DNA from: Glycera tridactyla
Taxonomy: Eukaryota
DNA length: 64,000 bases
Assembly: GCA_965644265.1 (NCBI GenBank)
Contig: OZ286475.1
Location: 71,858,001 to 71,922,000, forward strand
Direction: 5' to 3'
Below the pieces are notes generated by a model, which did not search any database, was not told the DNA's origin, and saw only the letters and a list, made by a program, of their open reading frames with translations. How positions within the stretch are numbered: the stretch's first letter is position 1; each line of letters starts with the position of its first letter. Made by a program: the position numbers and the translations under genes. This document shows, piece by piece, positions 24,641-38,329 of the stretch.

Positions 24641-26529
24641 TGGTGATGAATGGGGCGGTGCTTGCCAATGGAGGTGAGGGTTGTGATGGGTGTGGACTCC
24701 AAAACACATGTTGGGCCGCAGATATGCCAGCTAGCAGAAATATCATCTATATCAGGATGAACACATGCATATTATCAAATATATCAATAGGGTCAACGCC
24801 CATGTACGATTGTGTCATATCGATTGCCTCTTTTCTCGAAGGACTGTGATGATATACCTTCACTGCATCTCATATTTCCAGCATTTAGAGTGGGTCAATA
24901 ATTGTCGTCATGCAGCAGGCGATGGGCAAACCAGCTGTGAATAATTCAGTCAATGTCAGATATGTACCTGTCACTTACAGTTGTTGAGCCATTTGGTGAA
25001 TTGGACAGCAATGAACATCTTATGCTGGATCCTGTTGCTCTCTTCTCATAATGCTCACTGTAAGTTCATTTTTTTCTTATTACAATATGTCTCCTACATT
25101 TTCGGTGATTCATGCATATTTCACCTCCTACATAATGAGATGCTGGTTCTATGAATGATAATGTAGTTGGCTGTTAGCATTGCTGTTTTTGATGGCGTTC
25201 ATCCTGTATGCCTTCTTCATGTTTTTGAAAGTCGGTGCTTTCATTATGATCTTGGAAATCGAAAAAAGTTCCTGGGTAAGCAGTTGGGCGATGAAAGATG
25301 ACCAAACCACCACAAGACGACACCCCTTCTCAGCATACACACATTTGCCTGCACAAGAGAAAAGCGTTCAAAGTTCAAACACTGGATAACTGACAGTAGC
25401 CCTGGCATGGAAGGATTGTCAAGAGGCAGACCCCGCCTCCCTGACTACCAAATTCCAGTACATGAAAACACTGCCCGTCCTCTGAATTTTCCTAAACTAA
25501 GACATGCCAACCAGCAAATGAACTAGCAATCAATCAATTACCAATGAATCGGTGAGCAGATGTTGAGCCAGAACACGGGGACAAGGGAATACAGCCACTT
25601 TGAAGTTGCTAAACGCTGTTCACGCCTATCCTCGGCTAGCTTGCTCTCCGATGATCACTTCTCAAGCCTTTCATGCATGCCTTTCATTCAAGATTGCATA
25701 TAGAATTGCTGATAGATATTGTTGTTGTATAGACATTCGTTATCACTGGCAGTCTGAGCAACAGCCGGACTCGCTATCGGGAGAGAGAGAGCGGAAGCAC
25801 CATTGCACGAGGTGGGACCCGTGTGATGCGCCATCTCGTGTTTCTCCATGGCATGACTTTTGAGCTGTTTAACATGGTGCATATATAGTGTAAGAGTGTA
25901 TATATGTTACCTGTCATCGTCTGTAGCAGAAAAGCTCCATGTTTGGGGTAATTCTAGTATGATGATGTGAAATAAAATTTATTGAATGAGGTGCCTATTG
26001 TTTGGAGTGACACCAAATAAGAATAAGTGTTCCTCTCCATTTGATGGATGACTGATACACTGAATTGATTTATTGTTAGATGCGATAATCAAAACTAAAA
26101 TCAATATGCTGCTCGACATTGCTGAATGGATTTCTGCACCACACAAACATATGTAATTTCAAACTGCCTGAAGAGTATTGATGACAATGTCTCTATCATG
26201 GAATAGATTGACAATGACGAACTCAGCAGCTCAGTCAGACAGAAGACAGATACCATTTTGCCAAATGCATTTTCTTCAAATGTTAAGCTATGTCACCTTT
26301 TTTGCTGACAGGACACATGTCTCAGCTGAGGCAATTCTAATTACTTTGCATGCGGATGCTATCTCACAGTCGAACATTCATTGCTCGACTGTAGAAAACT
26401 ATCGCAAACTAGAGTAAAGTATTACACTGTTGAAAATATGGCACAACTTTTCACGAAAGTAGATCCAACAGACATATTCGATTATTTGCATGATTTTGGA
26501 ATATTTAGACAAATAGAATCATGTGCATG

Positions 26530-26755
26530 CTAACCCAGTGCATGCCAACTGGGATATCAAAGGCCGGCCGTATATCTAGGAGCCTTTTCCTTTACGCACG
26601 TTAAAGATCCACTTCTGTCTTTCCCAAAGAGTGAGGACGGCCCCCGGCAGGCAGTGACTCTTTTCTTCAGCATTTTCAGTTTTTTTCAGTCCGATATAAC
26701 CCAAGCGGGTTTAAGTGAAGTTAAACTCAAACAAACAAACAAACGACAAACAAAC
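26530..26755 (+). mobile_element. SINE relic (central and 3' part)
   Basis: gcacgttaaagatcc core (26596-26610) and ccgatataaccc...gaagttaaactcaaacaaacaaac tail, resembling invertebrate SINE central domains and tails as I recall them. Confidence 0.5.
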
Positions 26756-27607
26756 ATACTTTCTCTCGAAGAAGCCAATACTGGACCAGACTGGACATCA
26801 TTGGGAGATGAGTTCCAATGTCCCGACAGAAACATTTGCTTTGACTCTCTGTATCTACATAAGGATACGTTTAGTTACTGGTTGTTCAATGAAGTCACCA
26901 AAGATATGCTTTTCTTCAGTGGTGGCTAGGGTAAACTACAATGGAGTAACGACCTCCAGGTCATCAAGTATATATGATTCATCTGTTGGATCCTAGGTAC
27001 ATTACAACATGGAGATCATCATTATTGGAAGTCTGAAGTTTGACATTTTTTAATCGGCTCTGGCATGGAAGGTCAAAGAGAGTATATCTTTCCAACAAAA
27101 GCACAAACGATAATACAACATATTTGAACAATACGATTCATAGTACTGTAGTGGTCAGAATAAAACGGATCATATTATTGAGTACTCATTCACGCGAAAG
27201 ATATTCAATTCGGATTAATGCAAATATATATGGACAACAAATCTCTAATCCCAAATACAAACAACTCCTCCATATGATCACAGAATTTAAGATATAGAAT
27301 AAACTATGTGAATGAATTATGGTTGATTCACTCAGGTATCTTGCTTTTGCCTCGTCTACATCATGTATATATATATAGCCTTTCGCTCATCAAGGAAGAT
27401 CAGAGCCTCCAGTCTTTGACAGTGGTAATGAACTGAGATCGGTCAAAACAAACAAACTGACTCATTACATGATGATTGCACAATCAGGAAATTATCAATT
27501 CCATCATGGGAGACGGAATTCGTTTTCGATGAGATTGTGGGCTCCAGTGTTAAAGGAATCTTCAGATGATGTTGAGTTGAATTTCTCTTTCATGTGACGC
27601 ATTCCAG

Positions 27608-27795
27608 GTGATGCCCTGCTGTGGGTTCCTACAAGAGTAGGAGAGATTGATCAAGTACCTGACGTAGTGTTTGCTGATTCATCACCTGAAACGTTGATCA
27701 TACGTGCCAACTATTCCCAGGGTCTGTATGTTGGCAAATCTCATCATCATACAGTGTACTTCTACATGGCCTGGATTGGTTATGGTGTCCACGAA
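27608..27795 (+). CDS. DM9-PAN gene copy B, first recoverable exon
   Basis: ccag| acceptor and |gtaagt donor; DALLWVPTRVGEIDQVPDVVFADSSPETLIIRANYSQGLYVGKSHHHTVYFYMAWIGYGVHE, one codon longer than copy A. Confidence 0.8.
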
Positions 27796-30548
27796 GTAAG
27801 TAATAAAGAATCCATATCATCATCAACTGCTATGTATTAACACGGCTTTCAAGGTCATTCATGTCTACTTCTGTGATGAAGTTTGTTACACTTTCAATTA
27901 AATTATTCTTTTCATATTTTAGGTAATTTTTATTCGCTAGTCCTGTCAAAAAGCAGCATTTTACCAATTCTTGATCAGGCCCACTGGCAATATCATGTCG
28001 ATATGGCAGAAATACACAAACCTTGGCAAGATTGGGTAAAATAGGGTGAACACAATTTTCTAGAGCGTGGTCATGGAGGTTGACATGAAAGTGGTCACCT
28101 TTGGTTAAACTTCCTTGACAGAAAGACTGTTACAATATCACCAAAATCACTAGCAAAGTACCTGACATTGCCCAACAGTCCGGACTGCGACATAAGAGCC
28201 TTCGTCAACATTATGCTACGTTTGAGCCTTGTGTAAGTTCAATTTATCGGGAAATGATTCAGTCACAATGAGCAAAAGCTATCTTTGTTTGTTTGTTTTT
28301 GCGATGAAGAATGTACCCCTGATGTATCTGAAGTAGTTCTAAATGTGTTACAGTGGGTCGGAAGTTGTTGATTTGATGTTCAACATAGGGTGTTGTTGCC
28401 AAAGCTGTGATGACAGATCTCTGTTGGCTCACAAATGTGTCAGTGATTGAATTTCATTAGAACATCTTATTTACATAAGAAGACCTTATGAGGATGTCCT
28501 GGTTGAGAGGTAAACCTAAAGTCAGAGTGAAGAAAATCCACCAGCTCGATGTCAATTCCAAATTGCTCACGAGGGAAGGTACACTAGTCACGATTCAGCA
28601 TCCTAGCACTGCATAAAACCAACAGACTTAGTTGAGTCATCAGTGGAGAGTTGTATGTATTCCCCTGAATTCATGCTTGAATTGGTTGATTGATCAACTC
28701 TCCCAGCATCTGCATACTTTCTTCATTTTCTTACAGCACCCTGCCTCCTTGTCACATATCTTACCCTGGTGTTGACACTGGACATGGTATGAAACTCACA
28801 TCAGTTTACTAACCCATCAACTGTGATTTTGATCGGTCTCGTCACCGCAGCAACCCGGATAGGATATTCAAAAGGACATGCCCCATGATTTCCTCTCCCC
28901 AAACCATTCACTCTTGAGAGATGTTGATGACTGAATCATTTGAAGCTATATTCGCTAAATGACTCAGCCAGAGCTATTCTCACATGGTTGGGTCATCTTC
29001 AGTGAAGAATCAGGTGTTAAGTAATGCGAGTGATACTTCACAGCTGAGTAAATGTGCTCTATCATGATAAGGACGTGAAAAAAGCTTTTTTCTATGTTTC
29101 TCATTACTGCCTTGGAAGGGGGGGGGGCGGCAGGTAACTACATGTGCACCCGTTCGCTGTCACTGTCCAAAAAAAACTGTCTCGAAACGTGGTTACCAAT
29201 TTTCGATGCCTGCACAGCCTAGCAAAACGCAGCCTTTGTATGGATAATACCCCATGTGCATCTCAAACAAGTAATTTGAAGCTAATAAAACCTAATGTGA
29301 GTTTGAATCAATGTTAAAATAGAATATCTACGTTGACACGCACACACACGTCTGCCGTGACCTGGAGCATATGCATACCCACTCATCATGTGAACGTTTT
29401 CTGCCCTAGCATCGCGAATTCGCTTCAGATTGAAATGAAACTTGCAGACAGACATTGTTGATATCTCTGACGACGTTTCTCCACTGTCTTGCATACAAAT
29501 GCTAATAATGGCGGAGGATTTGCCGAAAAAATGCAATGAAAGATGGCGTAATCTCCTTCTGAAGCATACATATCACCGATGACCAGGTTCGATAATCACC
29601 GGAAGATCTTTACAATCCATTCACGAGGTCAAGAGTGCGCAGATCAATGCTTAACGTGGTGCATTGCCCAAGAATGTAGTTCTGACTTTCTTGGCACTCA
29701 TAATAATATTTCTCCCATCTTATAAATGACCCGGCCATACCGAAACTGCATAGAATCCTATTTCAACATCAATGGCAGCAGTTTCTGGTCTCTTTTCCAT
29801 GGGCAAGGTTGATTTTCAGGGGCGGTCCTGGCCTAGGCAACTTGCATCACTACGCTTTGTTGTTGTTCGTCGCCAGGCGCTCAGACAAGTCCAACATTTT
29901 CCGTTCGTGAATCATCCCCAAAACACAGTTTATCATGGAAACCATGTGATAAAAGCAAGACTAAATTGCTGTGAAGAGATAACACATGACCGAACTTGGT
30001 CCGCATTTCGCCGAATGTCACAAGGCCGTGTTGATGAGGTGATGGAAGAGACAGAAAACCAGGGTGATATGAATGGAGAAAGGTTTTTTCATAGTAGTCG
30101 ATGTTACATTTATGTGATATGACAACAATGAAGTAATTTTGAATTTGAATTTGAATTCGAATTCACATCTCTCAGATGAAGTTCATCTTCATGATTGGCA
30201 GGATTTTGAGAGGGTAATAATGATATCAGCTCAGAGTTTGAAGAACAGCGGGAGCAATAAGGGGCACATTGGAGAATTCACTGCCTGAGATTGCTCAAAC
30301 TCACTCATGAGCCGACAAAAATGGACATGCTGACTTGTTGATTGCACAAAAACCCACTGATGGTCCTAACATAGGATCTCATGAGGCCTCAATCACGTGG
30401 ATTGGATCATATTCTCCTTGGAGGAGTGATCCAAATGCATAGGCACTTCCGTTGAGGGATACCCCAAAATGATAGGAAGAACGCATGCAGGAATAATGTT
30501 CTTGATGACTGTTCCTTTCAATGACGCGTCTCTAAATTTTGACTGCAG

Positions 30549-30691
30549 GTTATTTTTTTGGGTGACCAGACCGTGGAAGTCCTGGTGTTGGAAAGATATG
30601 ATCAGTGTATCTGGCGACCATTTGATGCATCAGACCCGACCCAAATATTACCTTCCGAGGCAGTGCAGGGTGGCAAAGATGATGATTCAAG
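30549..30691 (+). CDS. DM9-PAN gene copy B, exon
   Basis: tgcag| acceptor and |gtaggc donor, 143 bp as in copy A; VIFLGDQTVEVLVLERYDQCIWRPFDASDPTQILPSEAVQGGKDDDSR. Confidence 0.85.
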
Positions 30692-31289
30692 GTAGGCATA
30701 ATAAACGGACAGCTTCGTGTATTCAACCTAGATCTGTTACAAAAAGTAAGAGGTAGGCATTGGCATCCAATCACCGATTTGCCCATATTATCAACTGTAT
30801 GCCAACTACAGATTCTCTCATCAAATTTGAATTGGTATGAATGTTCTTGAAGAATACATACGATTTGCTGTTAGCTTAAGAATAATCTTTTCTAAATACC
30901 TGTGTAACTACTGTAACATATATACAACGAGCACAAGAAACAAAATACAGTAGATATATAGGCATGCATACATGATATCCACAGTGGGCAACTGATCTGA
31001 AAATCATAGAAATATTTCCCATTATTGTTGATCTGAAAAGGGATCTCACTCGCATGATGATATCCACACAGTTGTCCAATACCAAATATGAAATTGTTTC
31101 ACATCTTATCACACTCACCTTTAAGCAACGTTCCATCTAGTTTCACAGTCCATCAGCAAATTCCCTTCACCACTCACCCCTGGAGGTACTCCTGGAGGTG
31201 CTCATGCCAGGAAATATGCAAGCATGACAGCATTGATGTCGTCAGATGCGAGTGGCGTTGTCCATACTCATACCTTTTCTTCCATATAG

Positions 31290-31429
31290 GCCAATCTATG
31301 TTGGGAAATATCAGGCAGAGCCTCGCAGCATTCCTGGTGGCTATGTGGAGGACACACGTTTATTTCATTATTCATATGGAGGTCAAAACTGGCCTCTCAC
31401 TCAGTTTGATCTCCTCATGTGCTCAAAAG
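31290..31429 (+). CDS. DM9-PAN gene copy B, exon
   Basis: atag| acceptor and |gtaaga donor, 140 bp as in copy A; PIYVGKYQAEPRSIPGGYVEDTRLFHYSYGGQNWPLTQFDLLMCSK. Confidence 0.85.
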
Positions 31430-32467
31430 GTAAGAGTCAACTTGAATATGACAATAATGATGATATCGGATACTGGCGCATGTAAGCTTAGGAATATACC
31501 ACATGACATAAACCTGCATACTTGTAAAAAAATTACAAAGTATGGTATGATATGAGAGTTGGCAGGGCCGATCAATACCTTGCAACCATGTTCGATGAAT
31601 TTCAATCCGATGAGGGATGACCGACTGGATTTGGGAGCTTCAGGCCCAATTCATCCAGGTCAATTGTTAGCAGAGTTTTCATCTGATCCATACCCAAATT
31701 TATGATAATGTTCTGTAGATAGTATGCCCTATTCTTCCACACTTCAATTCCTGCATACCTCAGTATTTTCCAAAATCTTTTGTTAGCTCATATGTCACGT
31801 AATTTATAATCAGTCCCTAGTTTTTTTGCCGGTAGTGCAGGTATCATTTAATTCTTGTTCCATCCATGCGGAATCAATACAATCTTAGTTAAGTCCTGAC
31901 ACATGAATCACTTTGTTCGCTTCTTTCCGTTTTGAGCTTGTCATGGTGGTATGGTGATTTGAATGTGCTCCTAGATGAGTTTCATTGATAAACAAGCGAT
32001 ACTGCCTAATACTATTTGTATTCCTCTACCATTGATACATGTAATTTACCTACCGTCATTTTACTTCACAGTATTCACTCACCTCCCTTCCTCAAATATA
32101 TTACACTTCTCTATTTGTAATTGCCCCATGTACATTTGCCTTCTTATTCTCGGCAGTTCTGGCAATCTGAAATTATACGTCTGCACAGACAAAGATCAGC
32201 ATGTAATATGAGATCGGAGGGGGCCATATGTTTAGAAAAATTGTCACTTAATTACTATTGAGAGGATAAGGATGCTACACCCCCAAGGGCATGTCACTCA
32301 CACAAGGCAGGCATGAGGCATGTAAGGGCTTGAATTAGGTCACCTAAAGGGGAATTGTTGTTTGTAGCGAGGTGTTGGGGTCTAATCAGAAAGCATGTAG
32401 AGAAGAAGCATTTTTTTTCCCCGGTATCATCCATCTCATTTATCCTGCTCATATATTTCTTTTGCAG

Positions 32468-32679
32468 ATTATCTTTTCCCTGAGCCAATGGATGATGATC
32501 ATGCTAAGATGACAGTCTACAAACGAGTGAATGTCGAGGTGCGAGCAGAACTTTCTGATGCCCGTCATGCCCTATCCTGGGTTCACTGTGCTAGTGAGTG
32601 CAGTGCACTGCCACCAGGTGCATGCAGAGGAATACAATTTGATGGATCACTCTGCCGTTTACTTAGTTCAGTTCCATGA
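32468..32679 (+). CDS. DM9-PAN gene copy B, terminal PAN/Apple exon
   Basis: gcag| acceptor in phase 1, 212 bp as in copy A; DYLFPEP...HALSWVHCASECSALPPGACRGIQFDGSLCRLLSSVP*. Confidence 0.85.
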
Positions 32680-33676
32680 AACGTTCTACAGCTGCAGGCA
32701 AACCACCGTCAAACCTGCTCAAGACCACCTCTCTACAGAGGCCACTGTCACAGCAATAGCAATTTATCCAATGAACAGCCCTTGACCTAAGGCCACCTGT
32801 CGTCAGAGACATTTTGCTCATGTAAACAAGACTGGTCTTCATAGACAGGATCATATGTTCATACATCTGGCTCAAGGATATTTATAGAGATGTCGTCATC
32901 TTTGTGAGATTCTCAGTAGTACCATCATCAAAAGAGGGCCAGATTGTTCAGATTGAGACCAGTTTCACGACATTTGGTCCCAATGATGATTTTGGAATTG
33001 AAATGGTCGTTATAATTCAGCATTAACCCATCCATCGCAATCTCACTTCTGCATTCTGAAAGATTTTCGGTGATATTACAATATTGCACCTTCCCACTGG
33101 AGACAATTTGAAGATGAAGACTAATTCATAAGTGTCCATCATCAATCTGACTCTGGACAGATTCGATTGGATGTAGCAACTAACGAACGTGCAAACGATT
33201 GTTGGCAGTCAGCCATCAGAGACATCGACAACATTTCAGTGACTTGCCCACTGGTTAGAGTGATACCTAATGGTCACTTTTGGAAATATTTAATCCTTCT
33301 ACAACGCTCGACGACTGACACGAGAATTCAATCGAATCCATTATATAACCTTTCAAACTATTGTTTCAAGGCATGATACTAGAGATTGAAAGGCGTCGGA
33401 AGAAAATCTTAGTATTCAATAGCTGCTCCCACAATGGGTATCCTTCAAACTTATGACATGTACAATCGATTTCTTGCATTTTATTAGGATAAGATAAGAT
33501 ATGTTTTAATGCATCAGAATAATTGAGACAATCACAAGGTATCACAAACGCCATACCATTTGCTTATGCAAACATGCAAATGAACCATCATATGATCATC
33601 AGCACAAAATGAGGAATATGCTTCAGTTGGTACATGGAACCTAATGATATACACGAGGGCAATCAAGCTTGGTTAA

Positions 33677-33860
33677 TACACTACCGTGTTTCTCCTTCAA
33701 ATTAAGCATTCACCCTCGGCTAACTGCCCACGCTCGAACTTCACAACATAAGTGGAGATTTTTCCCTGAAGTACTCCTCCTCCGATCCGCACCGTTATCT
33801 ATGAGGTGGACCCCCTCATAGGAAGTAAACATCCGCGCATCCGCTCATGCGCAATTCGTA
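33677..33860. repeat. DIRS left ITR (partner ~39563-39745)
   Basis: ggctaactgcccacgctcgaacttcacaacata...catgcgcaattcgta is the reverse complement, with a few mismatches, of tacgaattgcgcatg...tatgttgtgaagttcgagcgtgggcagttagcc. Confidence 0.95.
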
Positions 33861-34198
33861 TTTTTTCGCTTCACTTTGCTCAGCAAGCATGTGTTGAAAT
33901 ACCTCGGCTCCTTTTCCAGGATATTTCTTGATATTTCAGGCCCCCATTCGATATCTTAGTTTATCTTGGTTAACAGTTAGTTACGCACACACTGTCCGAC
34001 TCGTTATAGCATCATGAGTTGTGCAAACCATGTACTTTGATCGTGCGTTTGGGTGCTGTTGCACTCACATGTACTGTCCGGTTGTTGTACCGTCTGTTCA
34101 TTGTACTGTATGTTGAATGTACTGCCGTTTATGCATACTTGAAATGACCTTTCTTCAGATCGGTCTGTGACTTTCATATCATTATATGCAAGTACACC

Positions 34199-36931
34199 AT
34201 GTCAACACCACAAAAGCACGGCCTATGTGGCCATTTCCTTGCCTCATGGGACCTTCACCCGGTATGTCCCTCATGCAGACCTTGTGGCAAATCTAGTGAG
34301 AACCCAGAACAAAATGTTGTGTGTAACATTTGTAGTGTTTGGTCCCAAGAGGAATGGGACCGTCATTTTGCTAGATGCACTTACAGTTCAAACAGATGTC
34401 ATCTACAAATAACTCTCCACAGTCAGATGAATCCACTTCGGTTAAGTCCTTCAAGCTCAAATCCGCCACGATTGAAGTTGAGAGCTTAGCGGAGTCTACT
34501 TGAGCAGAGTTAGGTCTGTTATCTAAAAGAGCTACAAAATCTGAGGCGTCTAGGGCTAGATTGTACGATGCTTCATGCGAATCAGGGAATAGTGAGTTCG
34601 ATCAAGCTAGGAGCTCTGTCCGTCTGTCTCCCAGATCATACTCAGAGGCCCTTGGACAGAGTTCTAGTCATTTGCCTAAAGTTTCGTTCAAAGCACCCTC
34701 TTCAACCTCTTCAGGTAGTACATCGAAGATCCAGAAGAGAGGTACGGAGAAGGTAGTTGCAAAAAGTCACTCCTCCGAAGAAATGGTGAATCTGGAAGTT
34801 CCGTCCGTTGCGGAGTCTGTCCAGTCACCAGACACATATCTCTTAGCTGAGGAGAAAAGTTCTTGTTCTCCTACTAAGATGGTAGTGTCCAGTCAGGAGG
34901 AGACTCATCCGGATGTCTTGTCCGGTACCTTGTCCAGTGTGTTAGATATTACCCAACAAGTAGTGGATGTGATTACAAATCTGGAAGATACCAACTTGAC
35001 TGTCCGTTGTCTGGTGAATGAATTGCCAGAGCTTTCGGTCAGTGAGGTCAGCACTCAGTTGAAATTGCTGGAATCAAATGGGGTACGAGCTGATTCACCC
35101 AAATCTACCCACAGCTCAGTCCGGTCCAAATCGAGCAGTAAGAGAGCTGGGGTAAAGTTCGTTGTCAGATTGGATAACAAGGCATCTATATCTGATCAGG
35201 ACAAGAATGACTTGGAAAGTCTTCTTAACACAGCTCAGGGGTTTTCCTTGTTCGACAAACACCTTTCTTCCCCATATAAGAAGAGTAAATGTTCCTTGTC
35301 CGATAGGTTTGAGAAGGAAGTCAAAGTCAGACAGTTCAAAGTCTAAACTGGTCCTAACTAACATCACTATCCAGACCTATTAGCATTCAGCCTGTGATTT
35401 CTCAATCTAAGGATACGAGTAATTCATCTCCTCAGTCGAGTAAACAGGTCGTGTCCCCTCCCGGGATAGTTGAGATTAAATCAGGGAAGTCTTCTTTTAG
35501 GATTTGTTCACCTAAGTCTGAAAAGAGTTCTTAGGTGAAATCTGAGGCTTCATCTAAAACCAGTTCTCCAGACATGATTTCTCCGATGCCTGAGTCTCAG
35601 ACAAGTTTGTCACAGTCTAAGGTGGTTAGGAGTGGACAAACAGTATCTCAGGCGATCCAGCAACAAATTGGCCAGATTCCAGTGAAATCTGGTGTGTCCG
35701 GTGTGTCCGGTACACTTTCTGGTGTGTCCGATGTGTCCGGTGCACATGTCGGTGTGTCCGGTGTCCATGGGGGGGGGGGGGGGTGCCAGTGTGTCCGGTG
35801 CACATGTCGGTGGGTCCGGTGTCCATGCCAGGGTCTACCTATGGACAATCCAGCAGCTGCAGGATCCCCCAAGGTTGCTGCTTCTATTTCTCAGACAGCT
35901 CCTGATCCAACTATTAGTAGTTAGTAGAGGCGGTGTGTCCCGTGTCCATGGGGTTGTGTCTGGTGTGGCCGGTGCACATGTTGGTGGGTCCGATGGGTCC
36001 GGTGTCCATGTCAGTGGGTCTGGTGGGTCCGGTATTCGTACTGGGATGTCCGGTGCTCAGACTTATGTTCAGACCAAGTTACCGAATAAGATTTTTGGTT
36101 CAGGACCTTCCTTGGGTTCGGATCAGAAATCTTTGACTGGAATTCAATCCAGCCTGGGTCTACCCAGCAGCTGCAGGATCCCCCAAGGTAGCTGCTTCTA
36201 TTTCTCAGACAGCTCCTGATCCAACTATTATCCAGAGTTCAACTCAACAGAGGACTCTTATTGATATATTGGATTGGTGGGCAGCAAACAAACCGGCTCA
36301 GTCCGTCCCAGCAGCTCCCAAAATCGTCCCTCATACTGCTACGAGTCATACTCCCATTCAAATGGGTCCTTCTCAACAAATAACTTTGGATCCATCAGCT
36401 AGGTTGATTTTGGCTGAGGTAGAGGCGATGAGAGAGGAGTTTAAAGAGGTGGGAGAACCATGCCACAAGAGACGGATAGAGGAGGTAGATTCTATGCATT
36501 CTTCTCAATCAGAAGTGTCAGAAAATCAGGCTCCGGTGCATAAAAAGAGAATAAAGGCATTTAGAAAATATGCAGCAGAGTCACCTGCTCAATATGTGCC
36601 CCAGCCTGATCCAGTTAGTAGAGGCAATCTTGGGGGAATCACCGCCAGTAAGGTTGACACGTCATTTGCGGTTGAAACCAGAACAAAAGATGTGGAGTTT
36701 CAATCAGAATCCTCCTTACCGCTTTCTCCATTACTAGTAAATGTGCAGAAAATCTCAGATGCAGCATTACAGGGTAGAGAGAAGGATGAGTTACCTCAAC
36801 CAGTCAATACGCCCTTGAATGATTTCGTCTTGGGGGAAGGAGGTCAGTCAGAAGCCATGTCAAGAACGTTCAAAGCCAGGTTTCCGAAATCCCATGGCTA
36901 CAACTCTCATGTCTACAAGATTTGTGTGTAA
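34199..36931 (+). pseudogene. DIRS gag-like ORF1, fragmented
   Basis: N-terminal CGH..WDLHPVCPSC...CNICSVWS Cys/His cluster typical of DIRS1 gag; broken into ORFs 34199-34489, 34561-35346, 35535-35924 and 36269-36931; internal GGTGT(G)TCC tandem repeats (35690-36060) and a ~70 bp duplication (~35848 and ~36165). Confidence 0.75.
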
Positions 36932-37129
36932 ATCTTCTGGGAAGAGAGGTGGCCAGTTTGGTAGAGGCAGGGGCAGGGGAAGAGGCAGAGGCCAGCAGCA
37001 GAAGTCCTCAGATGTTCACAATGCCAAGAATCAGTCCCAAAATTGATCGGACACTCCACGATTCTTCAGCAAAAAGAGGGGTAGGGGTCAGGCCTCTCAG
37101 CCCTAGGATGAGGGGCATCACTTCTGAGT

Positions 37130-38150
37130 CAGTAGTAGGGGCAAGGTTACAATAATTTGTGACAGCTTGGCAAAGCATAACAAGCAACCATTTCATCATA
37201 GACATGATCAGAGAAGGAGTAAAATGGAAGTTTCTAGATCCTCTCGTGCTCTCGACAGATTGGCTTCCCTTTTCTCTACCAAGGGTAGGAAATCCCAAAA
37301 GAGAGGCTCTTCTAGAAGAGATTCATATGATGAGGGAAAAGAATGCCATTTCTCCTATCAGACCAGATCAGTCACCAGGTTTCTACAGCCAGATATTTCT
37401 GGTCACCGGGTGGGTTTTGACTGATAATCAACTTGAAGCCTCTGAACCAACATATATACAATCAGAGGTTCAAGATGGAGACAACGAGGTCGATAGTGAA
37501 ATCTGTATCACAAGGAGATCTGTGGACTTCCGGAAGTATCTGCGCTTCGCTCCTTCTCCGATGGTGGGTTATGCTAGTTCGAGAGGTGGCACAACATCTA
37601 AATGCCAAGGGCATAAAGTTCCACTATTATCTGAACGACTGGTTGCTCAGGCACCAGGACCCGGAACAGCTTCAGATACATCTAACCTACACTTTGACAG
37701 TTATTCGCAAGTTAGGTTGAATAGTGAACGAGAAGAAGTCCAATCTTTGTCCCAGCCAGACCTTTGTTTATCTGGGCATGGATTTCAACACGGCTTCATC
37801 CCTAGTTCGTCCCACCCTCAAGCGAGTACAGAAGCTAGAGGGCTGGGTGAGGCTGTTTTGGCGAGTTCGCTTACAACCAGCTCATTCAGTTGTCAGATTG
37901 CTAGAACATATGTCCAGCCTATCGGATACCATCCGACTGGGACGGCTTCACATGAGACCCATTCAGTTGGCGCTTCTTAGCCAGTAGGTTCCTTTCCAGG
38001 ATGATCCGGATCGGTCTGTACTTCTACCGGAGGAAGTACTATCAGATCTTCTTTGGTGACATACTCTGGAAAGAGTCCCATTGATGACACCAGAACTGTC
38101 CTTGACTCTGATGACAGACACGTCTCTGGCGGGATGGGGGGCCTATATGG
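37130..38150 (+). pseudogene. DIRS RT/RNase H, frameshifted and internally deleted
   Basis: VGARLQ..W, GFYSQIFLV, LKPLNQHI..RFKMET, YYLNDWLL (YLDD changed to YLND), EKSNLCPSQTFVYLG, LMTDTSLAGWG; the segment between DLWTS and VREV (DLKDAY...LPFGL) is missing. Confidence 0.9.
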
Positions 38151-38329
38151 TAAAGGAAGGTTTGTCGATCTATTAGAATTATCAATAGACTTACCTCTGG
38201 AACTCCCACTTCACCGAAATCTGAGGACACAGAAAGTATCAGGCAAGTTGGCCAACCACATCAGACCCCAGGTGCTGAATCTTCACGCCTGGTGTCTATC
38301 TGGAAGGCCCTCTCCAGAGAGGGTTTTTC

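Noticed and set aside
23861-24849. Long Pro/His/Thr-rich ORFs (up to 282 aa), mucin- or extensin-like
   Set aside because: Produced by the stop-free 54-bp minisatellite in several frames on both strands.
25192-25275. Hydrophobic ATG-started segment with a gtaagc donor as gene B's signal-peptide exon
   Set aside because: Donor is phase 0 whereas the next known exon needs phase 1, and there is no convincing counterpart upstream of gene A; left uncalled.
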